Shown in pieces: positions 40,809-56,900 of a stretch of DNA of 64,000 nt. Made by a program: the position numbers and the translations under genes. Position 1 is the first letter of the stretch. Every line of letters begins with the position of its first letter. The notes below the pieces were generated by a model, which saw nothing but the letters and a program-made list of their open reading frames with translations, had not been told where the DNA came from and made no database searches. This DNA comes from Eledone cirrhosa (Eukaryota), in contig OZ024740.1 in NCBI GenBank assembly GCA_964016885.1, positions 426,436,001 to 426,500,000 on the forward strand, read 5' to 3'.

Positions 40809-41569
40809 TAGGGCAGGTAAAATTCCCGAGATCCATGTACGAGTTCTCTCCAGCCATCTATGTCGCTCATCATCGCTGCCAGGTCCTGCGTCTCCAAGAG
40901 ACATGTGTCTGTCCTTAGGGGCGCTTGTAGTCTAACAGGTTTAACATTTTAGAGAGTGTCACTTCATTTCCATAAAAAAACTAAAGTGTGTGTGTGTGTG
41001 GGGTGGGGTGGGGGGTCATATTGCGTCCAATTTACCCTCACATAGCACGCCAGTAATTAGAATTTTAGAACCAAAAACATATTGTCGCGTCGTTCAGGGT
41101 TATATATATATATGTACGAATGCCTCCACACCCATATGCATATTCTTGCATACATATATACACACACATATCCACATGCGAAACCCCTGGTAGCGACTAT
41201 TCAACGCCTCACCTGTCATAGTACACAACGATAGCTTGTCAGTACAATTCTTTGTCATATTTTAAACTTGTTACCGTGCTTGCTGAAGAAACAACTTCTC
41301 CATTGAAATCGTTAAAAATTATCTAGAAACATCTCTTACCTTCTCTTTGTGGACGACTAGCAACTACGTTGTGACCCACGTATTAATCACATCAAAATTG
41401 AATCTGATCACATAACCTAATATACAGATGTTATAGCAGGGAAATTTGTTGAAAACAAATAAGTATTTATGATGGTAAGAGGCGAAAAACATGTGTTCTG
41501 TCATTCAGGCTTTTAAAATATAGTGTTTAGTTTCGGGGGGATGAACTACAAAAATCTGCAAGTGCCACG

Positions 41570-41710
41570 TATGATGGCTCCATTAATAAGGAGAAGGCGA
41601 GAAATGAATGCATGAAGAGACCAGAATGCATGAAGTGACCAGATAAAATCCGATTATCTGAATTCTCAGCCAGGAAAAAGGCAATTACTCACAACTTCGC
41701 AGTGCATACA
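41570..41710 (+). pseudogene. Old relic of an R4/Dong-type ORF
   Basis: Reads YDGSINKEKARNE..LSEFSARKKAITHNFAV, matching YDGPINKERTRTE..SSELSAYNKYIAHNTYAV at about 26037-26160. Confidence 0.65.
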
Positions 41711-41834
41711 TTTCTGTATTGTTGTTGTTGTTGTTACAGCTCACACCTATGCAGGTTTAGCTGGCCTCCTCCAAGGTATATCTCGTTGGAGGTGTCTTGG
41801 GTGATTTAATGACAGGGACCCCAGTCCTATCATC

Positions 41835-41945
41835 TCATTTCTACAGCTGAGTAAACTGGAGCAACGTGAAATAAAGTGTCTTACTCAAGGAAACAACACA
41901 TCACCCGGTCCGAGAATTGAACTCACAACCTTTCGTTGCAAGCCA
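41835..41945 (-). mobile_element. tRNA-derived CORE-like SINE whose 5' end merges into the satellite
   Basis: Aligns to 30548-30655. Minus strand has the B-box-like GAGTTCAATTCTC and CCTTGAGTAAGACACTT. Confidence 0.8.
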
Positions 41946-44900
41946 GAACATGTAACAATATCACAGTCCAGAACATGTAACAACCAATTTCACAGTCCTG
42001 AACATGTAACAACCAATATCACAGTCCTGAACATGTAACAACCAATATCACAGTCCTGAACATGTAACAACCAATATCACAGTCCTGAACATGTAACAAC
42101 CAATACCACAGTCCTGAACATGTAACAACCAATATCACAGTCCAGAACATGTAACAACCAATATCACAGTCCTGAACATGTAACAACCAATATCACAGTC
42201 CTGAACATGTAACAACCAATATCACAGTCCAGAACATCTAACAACCAATATCACAGTCCAGAACATGTAACAACCAATATCACAGTCCAGAACATGTAAC
42301 AACCAATATCACAGTCCAGAACATGTAACAACCAATATCACAGTCCAGAACATGTAACAACCAATATCACAGTCCTGAACATGTAACAACCAATATCACA
42401 GTCCTGAACATGTAACAACCAATATCACAGTCCTGAACATGTAACAACCAATATCACAGTCCTGAACATGTAACAACCAATATCACAGTCCAGAACATGT
42501 AACAACCAATATCACAGTCCAGAACATGTAACAACCAATATCACAGTCCTGAACATGTAACAACCAATATCACAGTCCTGAACATGTAACAACCAATATC
42601 ACAGTCCAGAACATCTAACAACCAATATCACAGTCCAGAACATGTAACAACCAATATCACAGTCCAGAACATCTAACAACCAATATCACAGTCCTGAACA
42701 TGTAACAACCCAATATCACAGTCCAGAACATGTAACAACCAATATCGCAGTCCAGAACATGTAACAACCAATATCACAGTCCAGAACAGGTAACAACCAA
42801 TATCACAGTCCTGAACATGTAACAACCAATATCACAGTCCTGCACATGTAACAACCAATATCACAGTCCTGAACATGTAACAACCAATATCACAGTCCAG
42901 AACATGTAACAACCAATATCACAGTCCAGAACATCTAACAACCAATATCACAGTCCAGAACATGTAACAACCAATATCACAGTCCAGAACATGTAACAGC
43001 CAATATCACAGTCCTGAACATGTAACAACCAGTATCACAGTCCTGAACATGTAACAACCAATATCACAGTCCTGAACATGTAACAACCACTATCACAGTC
43101 CAGAACATGTAACAACCAATATCACAGTCCTGAACATGTAACAACCAATATCACAGTCCAGAACATGTAACAACCAATATCACAGTCCAGAACATGTAAC
43201 AACCAATATCACAGTCCTGAACATGTAACAACCAATATCACAGTCCAGAACATGTAACAACCAATATCACAGTCCAGAACATGTAACAACCAATATCACA
43301 GTCCTGCACATGTAACAACCAATATCACAGTCCTGAACATGTAACAACCAATATCACAGTCCAGAACATGTAACAACCAATATCACAGTCCAGAACATCT
43401 AACAACCAATATCACAGTCCAGAACATGTAACAACCAATATCACAGTCCAGAACATGTAACAACCAATATCACAGTCCTGAACATGTAACAACCAGTATC
43501 ACAGTCCTGAACATGTAACAACCAATATCACAGTCCTGAACATGTAACAACCACTATCACAGTCCAGAACATGTAACAACCAATATCACAGTCCTGAACA
43601 TGTAACAACCAATATCACAGTCCAGAACATGTAACAACCAATATCACAGTCCAGAACATGTAACAACCAATATCACAGTCCTGAACATGTAACAACCAAT
43701 ATCACAGTCCAGAACATGTAACAACCAATATCACAGTCCAGAACATGTAACAACCAATATCACAGTCCTGAACATGTAACAACCAATATCACAGTCCTGA
43801 AGATGTAACAACCAATACCACAGTCCTGAACATGTAACAACCAATATCACAGTCCAGAACATGTAACAACCAATATCACAGTCCAGAACATGTAACAACC
43901 AATATCACAGTCCAGAACAGGTAACAACCAATATCACAGTCCTGAACATGTAACAACCAATATCACAGTCCTGAACATGTAACAACCAATATCACAGTCC
44001 TGAACATGTAACAACCAATATCACAGTCCAGAACATGTAACAACCAATATCACAGTCCAGAACATGTAACAACCAATATCACAGTCCAGAACATGTAACA
44101 ACCAATATCACAGTCCAGAACATGTAACAACCAATATCACAGTCCTGAACATGTAACAACCAATATCACAGTCCTGAAGATGTAACAACCAATATCACAG
44201 TCCTGAACATGTAACAACCAATATCACAGTCCTGAACATGTAACAACCAATATCACAGTCCTGAACATGTAACAACCAATATCACAGTCCAGAACATGTA
44301 ACAACCAATATCACAGTCCAGAACATGTAACAACCAATATCACAGTCCAGAACATGTAACAACCAATATCACAGTCCAGAACATGTAACAACCAATATCA
44401 CAGTCCAGAACATGTAACAACCAATATCACAGTCCAGAACATGTAACAACCAATATCACAGTCCTGAACATGTAACAACCAATATCACAGTCCAGAACAT
44501 GTAACAACCAATATCACAGTCCAGAACATGTAACAACCAATATCACAGTCCAGAACATGTAACAACCAATATCACAGTCCTGAACATGTAACAACCAATA
44601 TCACAGTCCAGAACATCTAACAACCAATATCACAGTCCAGAACATGTAACAACCAATATCACAGTCCAGAACATCTAACAACCAATATCACAGTCCTGAA
44701 CATGTAACAACCAATATCACAGTCCAGAACATGTAACAACCAATATCACAGTCCAGAACATGTAACAACCAATATCACAGTCCAGAACAGGTAACAACCA
44801 ATATCACAGTCCTGAACATGTAACAACCAATATCACAGTCCTGAACATGTAACAACCAATATCACAGTCCTGCACATGTAACAACCAATATCACAGTCCT

Positions 44901-47900
44901 GAACATGTAACAACCAATATCACAGTCCAGAACATGTAACAACCAATATCACAGTCCAGAACATCTAACAACCAATATCACAGTCCAGAACATGTAACAA
45001 CCAATATCACAGTCCAGAACATGTAACAACCAATATCACAGTCCTGAACATGTAACAACCAGTATCACAGTCCTGAACATGTAACAACCAATATCACAGT
45101 CCTGAACATGTAACAACCACTATCACAGTCCAGAACATGTAACAACCAATATCACAGTCCTGAACATGTAACAACCAATATCACAGTCCAGAACATGTAA
45201 CAACCAATATCACAGTCCAGAACATGTAACAACCAATATCACAGTCCTGAACATGTAACAACCAATATCACAGTCCAGAACATGTAACAACCAATATCAC
45301 AGTCCAGAACATGTAACAACCAATATCACAGTCCTGAACATGTAACAACCAATATCACAGTCCTGAAGATGTAACAACCAATACCACAGTCCTGAACATG
45401 TAACAACCAATATCACAGTCCAGAACATGTAACAACCAATATCACAGTCCAGAACATGTAACAACCAATATCACAGTCCAGAACATGTAACAACCAATAT
45501 CACAGTCCAGAACAGGTAACAACCAATATCACAGTCCTGAACATGTAACAACCAATATCACAGTCCTGAACATGTAACAACCAATATCACAGTCCAGAAC
45601 AGGTAACAACCAATATCACAGTCCTGAACATGTAACAACCAATATCACAGTCCTGAACATGTAACAACCAATATCACAGTCCAGAACATGTAACAACCAA
45701 TATCACAGTCCTGAACATGTAACAACCAATATCACAGTCCTGAACATGTAACAACCAATATCACAGTCCAGAACATGTAACAACCAATATCACAGTCCAG
45801 AACATGTAACAACCAATATCACAGTCCAGAACATGTAACAACCAATATCACAGTCCAGAACAGGTAACAACCAATATCACAGTCCTGAACATGTAACAAC
45901 CAATATCACAGTCCTGAACATGTAACAACCAATATCACAGTCCAGAACAGGTAACAACCAATATCACAGTCCTGAACATGTAACAACCAATATCACAGTC
46001 CTGAACATGTAACAACCAATATCACAGTCCAGAACATGTAACAACCAATATCACAGTCCTGAACATGTAACAACCAATATCACAGTCCTGAACATGTAAC
46101 AACCAATATCACAGTCCAGAACATGTAACAACCAATATCACAGTCCAGAACATGTAACAACCAATATCACAGTCCAGAACATCTAACAACCAATATCACA
46201 GTCCAGAACATGTAATAACCAATATCACAGTCCAGAACATGTAACAACCAATATCACAGTCCTGAAGATGTAACAACCAATATCACAGTCCTGAACATGT
46301 AACAACCACTATCACAGTCCAGAACATCTAACAACCAATATCACAGTCCTGAACATGTAACAACCACTATCACCGTCCAGAACATCTAACAACCAATATC
46401 ACAGTCCTGAACATGTAACAACCACTATCACAGTCCAGAACATCTGACAACCAATATCACAGTCAAGAACATCTAACAACCAATATCACAGTCCTGAACA
46501 TGTAACAACCAATATCACAGTCCTGAACATCTAACTACCAATATCACAGTCCAGAACATGTAACAACCAATATCATAGTCCTGAACATGTAACAACCAAT
46601 ATCACAGTCCAGAACATGTAACAACCAATATCACAGTCCTGAACATGTAACAACCAATATCACAGTCCAGAACATGTAACAACCAATATCACAGTCCTGA
46701 AGATGTAACAAGCAATACCACAGTCCTGAACATGTAACAACCAATATCACAGTCCAGAACAGGTAACAACCAATATCACAGTCCTGAACATGTAACAACC
46801 AATATCACAGTCCTGAACATGTAACAACCAATATCACAGTCCTGCACATGTAACAACCAATATCACAGTCCTGAACATGTAACAACCAATATCACAGTCC
46901 AGAACATGTAACAACCAATATCACAGTCCAGAACATCTAACAACCAATATCACAGTCCAGAACATGTAACAACCAATATCACAGTCCAGAACATGTAACA
47001 ACCAATATCACAGTCCTGAACATGTAACAAACAGTATCACAGTCCTGAACATGTAACAACCAATATCACAGTCCTGAACATGTAACAGCCACTATCACAG
47101 TCCAGAACATGTAACAACCAATATCACAGTCCTGAACATGTAACAACCAATATCACAGTCCAGAACATGTAACAACCAATATCACAGTCCAGAACATGTA
47201 ACAACCAATATCACAGTCCTGAACATGTAACAACCAATATCACAGTCCAGAACATGTAACAACCAATATCACAGTCCAGAACATGTAACAACCAATATCA
47301 CAGTCCTGAACATGTAACAACCAATATCACAGTCCTGAACATGTAACAACCAATATCACAGTCCAGAACATCTAACAACCAATATCACAGTCCTGAACAT
47401 GTAACAACCAATATCACAGTCCAGAACATGTAACAACCAATATCACAGTCCAGAACATGTAACAACCAATATCACAGTCCAGAACAGGTAACAACCAATA
47501 TCACAGTCCTGAACATGTAACAACCAATATCACAGTCCTGCACATGTAACAACCAATATCACAGTCCTGAACATGTAACAACCAATATCACAGTCCAGAA
47601 CATGTAACAACCAATATCACAGACCAGAACATCTAACAACCAATATCACAGTCCAGAACATGTAACAACCAATATCACAGTCCAGAACATGTAACAACCA
47701 ATATCACAGTCCTGAACATGTAACAACCAGTATCACAGTCCTGAACATGTAACAACCAATATCACAGTCCTGAACATGTAACAACCACTATCACAGTCCA
47801 GAACATGTAACAACCAATATCACAGTCCTGAACATGTCACAACCAATATCACAGTCCAGAACATGTAACAACCAATATCACAGTCCAGAACATGTAACAA

Positions 47901-50900
47901 CCAATATCACAGTCCTGAACATGTAACAACCAATATCACAGTCCAGAACATGTAACAACCAATATCACAGTCCAGAACATGTAACAACCAATATCACAGT
48001 CCTGAACATGTAACAACCAATATCACAGTCCTGAAGATGTAACAACCAATACCACAGTCCTGAACATGTAACAACCAATATCACAGTCCAGAACATGTAA
48101 CAACCAATATCACAGTCCAGAACATGTAACAACCAATATCACAGTCCAGAACATGTAACAACCAATATCACAGTCCAGAACATGTAACAACCAATATCAC
48201 AGTCCAGAACATGTAACAACCAATATCACAGTCCTGAACATGTAACAACCAATATCACAGTCCTGAACATGTAACAACCAATATCACAGTCCAGAACATG
48301 TAACAACCAATATCACAGTCCTGAACATGTAACAACCAATATCACAGTCCAGAACATGTAACAACCAATATCACAGTCCAGAACATGTAACAACCTATAT
48401 CACAGCCCTGAACATGTAACAACCAATATCACAATCCAGAATATGTAACAACCAATATCACAGTCCAGAACATGTAACAACCAATATCACAGTCCTGAAC
48501 ATGTAACAACCAATATCACAGTCCAGAACATGTAACAACCAATATCACAGCCCTGAACATGTAACAACCAATATCACAATCCAGAATATGTAACAACCAA
48601 TATCACAGTCCAGAACATGTAACAACCAATATCACAGTCCTGAACATGTAACAACCAATATCACAGTCCAGAACATGTAACAACCAATATCACAGTCCTG
48701 AACATGTAACAACCAATATCACAGTCCTGAACATGTAACAACCAATATCACAGTCCAGAACATGTAACAACCAATATCACAGTCCTGAACATGTAACAAC
48801 CAATATCACAGTCCTGAACATGTAACAACCAATATCACAGTCCTGAACATGTAACAACCAATATCACAGTCCAGAACATGTAACAACCAATATCACAGTC
48901 CAGAACATGTAACAACCAATATCACAGTCCTGAACATGTAACAACCAATATCACAGTCCTGAACATGTAACAACCAATATCACAGTCCTGAACATGTAAC
49001 AACCAATATCACAGTCCAGAACATGTAACAACCAATATCACAGTCCAGAACATGTAACAACCAATATCACAGTCCTGAACATGTAACAACCAATATCACA
49101 GTCCTGAACATGTAACAACCAATATCACAGTCCAGAACATGTAACAACCAATATCACAGTCCTGAACATGTAACAACCAATATCACAGTCCAGAACATGT
49201 AACAACCAATATCACAGTCCAGAACATGTAAAAACCAATATCACAGTCCTTAACATGTAACAACCAATATCACAGTCCTGAACATGTAACAACCAATATC
49301 ACAGTCCTGAACATGTAACAACCAATATCACAGTCCTGAACATGTAACAACCAATATCACAGTCCAGAACATGTAACAACCAATATCACAGTCCTGAACA
49401 TGTAACAACCAATATCACAGTCCTGAGCATGTAATAACCAATATCACAGTCCTGAACATGTAACAACCAATATCACAGTCCAGAACATATAACAACCAAT
49501 ATCACAGTCCTGAACAAGTAACAACCAATATCACAGTCCTGAACATGTAACAACCAATATCACAGTCCAGAACATGTAACAACCAATATCACAGTCCTGA
49601 ACATGTAACAACCAATATCACACTCCAGAACATGTAACAACCAATATCACAGTCCTGAACATGTAACAACCAATATCACAGTCCTGAACATGTAACAACC
49701 AATATCACAGTCCAGAACATCTAACAACTAATATCACAGTCCAGAACATGTAACAACCAATATCACAGTCCTGAACATGTAACAACCAATATCACAGTCC
49801 AGAACATGTAACAACCAATATCACAGTCCTGAACATGTAACAACCAAGATCACAGTCCTGAACATGTAACAACCAATATCACAGTCCAGAACATCTAACA
49901 ACCAATATCACAGTCCAGAACATGTAACAACCAATATCACAGTCCTGAACATGTAACAACCAATATCACAGTCCAGAACATCTAACAACCAATATCACAG
50001 TCCAGAACATGTAACAACCAATATCACAGCCCTGAACATGTAACAACCAATATCACAGTCCAGAACATGTAACAACCAATATCACAGTCCAGAACATGTA
50101 ACAACCAATATCACAGTCCTGAACATGTAACAACCAATATCACAGTCCAGAACATGTAACAACCAATATCACAGCCCTGAACATGTAACAACCAATATCA
50201 CAGTCCTGAACGTGTAACAACCAATATCACAGTCCTGAACATGTAACAACCAATATCACAGTCCAGAAAATGTAACAAGCAATATCACAGCCCTGAACAT
50301 GTAACAACCAATATCACAGTCCTGAACATGTAACAACCAATATCACAGTCCTGAACATGTAACAACAAATATCACAGTCCTGAACATGTAACAACCAATA
50401 TCACAGTCCTGAACATGTAACAACCAATATCACAGTCCTGAACATGTAACAACCAATATCACAGTCCAGAACATGTAACAACCAATATCACAGTCCAGAA
50501 CATGTAACAACCAATATCACAGTCCAGAACATGTAACAACCAATATCACAGCCCTGAACATGTAACAACCAATATCACAGTCCAGAACATGTAACAACCA
50601 ATATCACAGTCCAGAACATGTAACAACCAATATCACAGCCCTGAACATGTAACAACCAATATCACAGTCCTGAACATATAACAACCAATATCACAGTCCT
50701 GAACATGTAACAAACCAATATCACAGTCCGGAACATGTAACAACCAATATCACAGTCCAGAACATGTAACAACCAATATCACAGCCCTGAACATGTAACA
50801 ACCAATATCACAGTCCTGAACATGTAACAACCAATATCACAGTCCTGAACATGTAACAAACCAATATCACAGTCCGGAACATGTAACAACCAATATCACA

Positions 50901-53900
50901 GTCCAGAACATGTAACAACCAATATCACAGTCCTGAACATGTAACAACCAATATCACAGTCCTGAACATGTAACAACCAATATCACAGTCCTGAACATGT
51001 AACAACCAATATCACAGTCCAGAACATGTAACAACCAATATCACAGTCCTGAACATGTAACAACCAATATCACAGTCCTGAACATGTAACAATCAATATC
51101 ACAGTCCTGAACATGTAACAACCAATGTCACAGTCCTGAACATGTAACAACCAATATCACAGTCCAGAACATGTAACAACCAATATCACTGTCCTGAACA
51201 TGTAACAACCAATATCACAGTCCTGAACATGTAACAACCAATATCACAGTCCTGAACATGTAACAACCAATATCACAGTCCAGAACATCTAACAACCAAT
51301 ATCACAGTCCAGAACATGTAACAACCAATATCACAGTCCTGAACATGTAACAACCAATATCACAGTCCTGAACATGTAACAACCAATATCACAGTCCAGA
51401 ACATCTAACAACCAATATCACAGTCCTGAACATGTAACAACCAATATCACAGTCCTGAACATGTAACAACCAATATCACAGTCCAGAACATGTAACAACC
51501 AATATCACAGTCCAGAACATGTAACAACCAATATCACAGTCCAGAACATGTAACAACCAATATCACAGTCCTGAACATGTAACAACCAATATCACAGTCC
51601 TGAACATGTAACAACCAATATCACAGTCCAGAACATGTAACAACCAATATCACAGTCCTGAACATGTAACAACCAATATCACAGTCCAGAACATGTAACA
51701 ACCAATATCACAGTCCAGAACATGTAACAACCTATATCACAGCCCTGAACATGTAACAACCAATATCACAATCCAGAATATGTAACAACCAATATCACAG
51801 TCCAGAACATGTAACAACCAATATCACAGTCCTGAACATGTAACAACCAATATCACAGTCCAGAACATGTAACAACCAATATCACAGCCCTGAACATGTA
51901 ACAACCAATATCACAATCCAGAATATGTAACAACCAATATCACAGTCCAGAACATGTAACAACCAATATCACAGTCCTGAACATGTAACAACCAATATCA
52001 CAGTCCAGAACATGTAACAACCAATATCACAGTCCTGAACATGTAACAACCAATATCACAGTCCTGAACATGTAACAACCAATATCACAGTCCAGAACAT
52101 GTAACAACCAATATCACAGTCCTGAACATGTAACAACCAATATCACAGTCCTGAACATGTAACAACCAATATCACAGTCCTGAACATGTAACAACCAATA
52201 TCACAGTCCAGAACATGTAACAACCAATATCACAGTCCAGAACATGTAACAACCAATATCACAGTCCTGAACATGTAACAACCAATATCACAGTCCTGAA
52301 CATGTAACAACCAATATCACAGTCCTGAACATGTAACAACCAATATCACAGTCCAGAACATGTAACAACCAATATCACAGTCCAGAACATGTAACAACCA
52401 ATATCACAGTCCTGAACATGTAACAACCAATATCACAGTCCTGAACATGTAACAACCAATATCACAGTCCAGAACATGTAACAACCAATATCACAGTCCT
52501 GAACATGTAACAACCAATATCACAGTCCAGAACATGTAACAACCAATATCACAGTCCAGAACATGTAAAAACCAATATCACAGTCCTTAACATGTAACAA
52601 CCAATATCACAGTCCTGAACATGTAACAACCAATATCACAGTCCTGAACATGTAACAACCAATATCACAGTCCTGAACATGTAACAACCAATATCACAGT
52701 CCAGAACATGTAACAACCAATATCACAGTCCTGAACATGTAACAAACAATATCACAGTCCTGAGCATGTAATAACCAATATCACAGTCCTGAACATGTAA
52801 CAACCAATATCACAGTCCAGAACATATAACAACCAATATCACAGTCCTGAACAAGTAACAACCAATATCACAGTCCTGAACATGTAACAACCAATATCAC
52901 AGTCCAGAACATGTAACATCCAATATCACAGTCCTGAACATGTAACAACCAATATCTCAGTCCTGAACATGTAACAACCAATATCACAGTCCAGAACATG
53001 TAACAACCAATATCACAGTCCTGAACATGTAACAACCAATATCACACTCCAGAACATGTAACAACCAATATCACAGTCCTGAACATGTAACAACCAATAT
53101 CACAGTCCTGAACATGTAACAACCAATATCACAGTCCAGAACATCTAACAACCAATATCACAGTCCAGAACATGTAACAACCAATATCACAGTCCTGAAC
53201 ATGTAACAACCAATATCACAGTCCAGAACATGTAACAACCAATATCACAGTCCTGAACATGTAACAACCAAGATCACAGTCCTGAACATGTAACAACCAA
53301 TATCACAGTCCAGAACATCTAACAACCAATATCACAGTCCAGAACATGTAACAACCAATATCACAGTCCTGAACATGTAACAACCAATATCACAGTCCAG
53401 AACATCTAACAACCAATATCACAGTCCAGAACATGTAACAACCAATATCACAGCCCTGAACATGTAACAACCAATATCACAGTCCAGAACATGTAACAAC
53501 CAATATCACAGTCCAGAACATGTAACAACCAATATCACAGTCCTGAACATGTAACAACCAATATCACAGTCCAGAACATGTAACAACCAATATCACAGCC
53601 CTGAACATGTAACAACCAATATCACAGTCCTGAACGTGTAACAACCAATATCACAGTCCTGAACATGTAACAACCAATATCACAGTCCAGAAAATGTAAC
53701 AAGCAATATCACAGCCCTGAACATGTAACAACCAATATCACAGTCCTGAACATGTAACAACCAATATCACAGTCCTGAACATGTAACAACAAATATCACA
53801 GTCCTGAACATGTAACAACCAATATCACAGTCCTGAACATGTAACAACCAATATCACAGTCCTGAACATGTAACAACCAATATCACAGTCCAGAACATGT

Positions 53901-56900
53901 AACAACCAATATCACAGTCCAGAACATGTAACAACCAATATCACAGTCCAGAACATGTAACAACCAATATCACAGCCCTGAACATGTAAAAACCAATATC
54001 ACAGTCCAGAACATGTAACAACCAATATCACAGTCCAGAACATGTAACAACCAATATCACAGCCCTGAACATGTAACAACCAATATCACAGTCCTGAACA
54101 TGTAACAACCAATATCACAGTCCTGAACATGTAACAAACCAATATCACAGTCCGGAACATGTAACAACCAATATCACAGTCCAGAACATGTAACAACCAA
54201 TATCACAGCCCTGAACATGTAACAACCAATATCACAGTCCTGAACATGTAACAACCAATATCACAGTCCTGAACATGTAACAACCAATATCACAGTCCTG
54301 AACATGTAACAACCAATATCACAGTCCAGAACATGTAACAACCAATATCACAGCCCTGAACATGTAACAACCAATATCACAGTCCTGAACATGTAACAAC
54401 CAATATCACAGCCCTGAACATGTAACAACCAATATCACAGTCCTGAACATGTAACAACCAATATCACAGTCCGGAACATGTAACAACCAATATCACAGTC
54501 CTGAACATGTAACAACCAATATCACAGTCCAGAACATCTAACAACCAATATCACAGTCCAGAACATCTAACAACCAATATCACAGTCCAGAACATGTAAC
54601 AACCAATACCACAGTCCTGAACATGTAACAATCAATATCACAGTCCAGAACATGTAACAACCAATATCACAGTCCAGAACATGTAACAACCAATATCACA
54701 GTCCTGAACATGTAACAACCAATATCACAGTCCTGAACATGTAACAACCAATATCACAGTCCAGAACATGTAACAGCCAATATCACAGTCCTGAACATGT
54801 AACAACCAATATCACAGTCCAGAACATGTAACAGCCAATATCACAGTCCTGAACATGTAACAACCAATATCACAGTCCAGAATATGTAACAACCAATATC
54901 ACAGTCCAGAACATGTAACAACCAATATCACAGTCCAGAACATGTAACAACCAATATCACAGTCCAGAATATGTAACAACCAATATCACAGTCCTGAACA
55001 TGTAACAACCAATATCACAGCCCTGAACATGTAACAACCAATATCACAGTCCAGAACATCTAACAACCAATATCCCAGCCCAGAACATGTAACAACCAAT
55101 ATCACAGTCCTGAACATCTAACAACCAATATCACAGTCCTGAACATGTAACAACCAATATCACAGTCCTGAACATGTAACAACCAATATCACAGTCCAGA
55201 ACATGTAACAGCCAATATCACAGTCCTGAACATGTAACAACCAATATCACAGTCCTGAACATGTAACAACCAATATCACAGTCCAGAACATGTAACACCC
55301 AATATCACAGTCCTGAACATGTAACAACCAATATCACAGTCCTGAACATGTAACAACCAATATCACAGTCCTGAACATGTAACAACCAATATCACAGTCC
55401 AGAACATGTAACAGCCAATATCACAGTCCTGAACATGTAACAACCAATATCACAGTCCTGAACATGTAACAACCAATATCACAGTCCTGAACATGTAACA
55501 ACCAATATCACAGTCCTGAACATGTAACAACCAATATCACAGTCCTGAACATGTAACAACCAATATCACAGTCCTGAACATGTAACAACCAATATAACAG
55601 TCCTGAACATGTAACAACCAATATCACAGTCCTGAACATGTAACAACCAATATCACAGTCTTGAACATGTAACAACCAATATCACAGTCCTGAACATGTA
55701 ACAACCAATATCACAGTCCTGAACATGTAACAACCAATATCACAGTCCAGAACATGTAACAACCAATATCACAGTCCAGAACATGTAACAACCAATATCA
55801 CAGCCCTGAACATGTAACAACCAATATCACAGTCCAGATCATCTAACAACCAATATCACAGTCCTGAACATGTAACAACCAATATCACAGTCCAGAACAT
55901 GTAACAACCAATATCACAGTCCAGAACATGTAACAACCAATATCACAGTCCAGAACATGTAACAACCAATATCACAGTCCTGAACATGTAACAACCAATA
56001 TCACAGTCCTGAACATGTAACAACCAATATCACAGTCCAGAACATGTAACAACCAATATCACAGTCCAGAGCATGTAACAACCAATATCATAGTCCTGAA
56101 CATGTAACAACCAATATCACAGTCCTGAACATGTAGCAACCAATATCGCAGTTCTGAACATGTAACAACCAATATTACAGTCCAGAACATGTAACAACCA
56201 ATATCACAGTCCAGAACATGTAACAACCAATATCACAGTCCAGAACATGTAACAACCAATATCACAGACCAGAAAATCTAACAACCAATATCACAGTCCA
56301 GAACATGTAACAACCAATATCACAGTCCAGAACATGTAACAACCAATATCACAGTCCTGAACATGTAACAACCAATATCACAGTCCTGAACATGTAACAA
56401 CCAATATCACAGTCCTGAACATGTAACAACCAATATCACAGTCCTGAACATGTAACAACCAATATCACAGTCCAGAACATGTAACAACCAATATCACAGT
56501 CCAGAACATGTAACAACCAATATCACAGTCCAGAACATGTAACAACCAATATCACAGTCCTGAACATGTAACAACCAATATCACAGTCCTGAACATGTAA
56601 CAACCAATATCACAGTCCAGAACATGTAACAACCAATATCACAGTCCAGAACATGTAACAACCAATATCACAGTCCTGAACATGTAACAACCAATATCAC
56701 AGTCCTGAACATGTAACAACCAATATCACAGTCCTGAACATGTAACAACCAATATCACAGTCCAGAACATGTAACAACCAATATCACAGTCCTGAACATG
56801 TAACAACCAATATCACAGTCCTGAACATGTAACAACCAATATCACAGTCCTGAACATGTAGCAACCAATATCACAGTCCAGAACATCTAACAACCAATAT

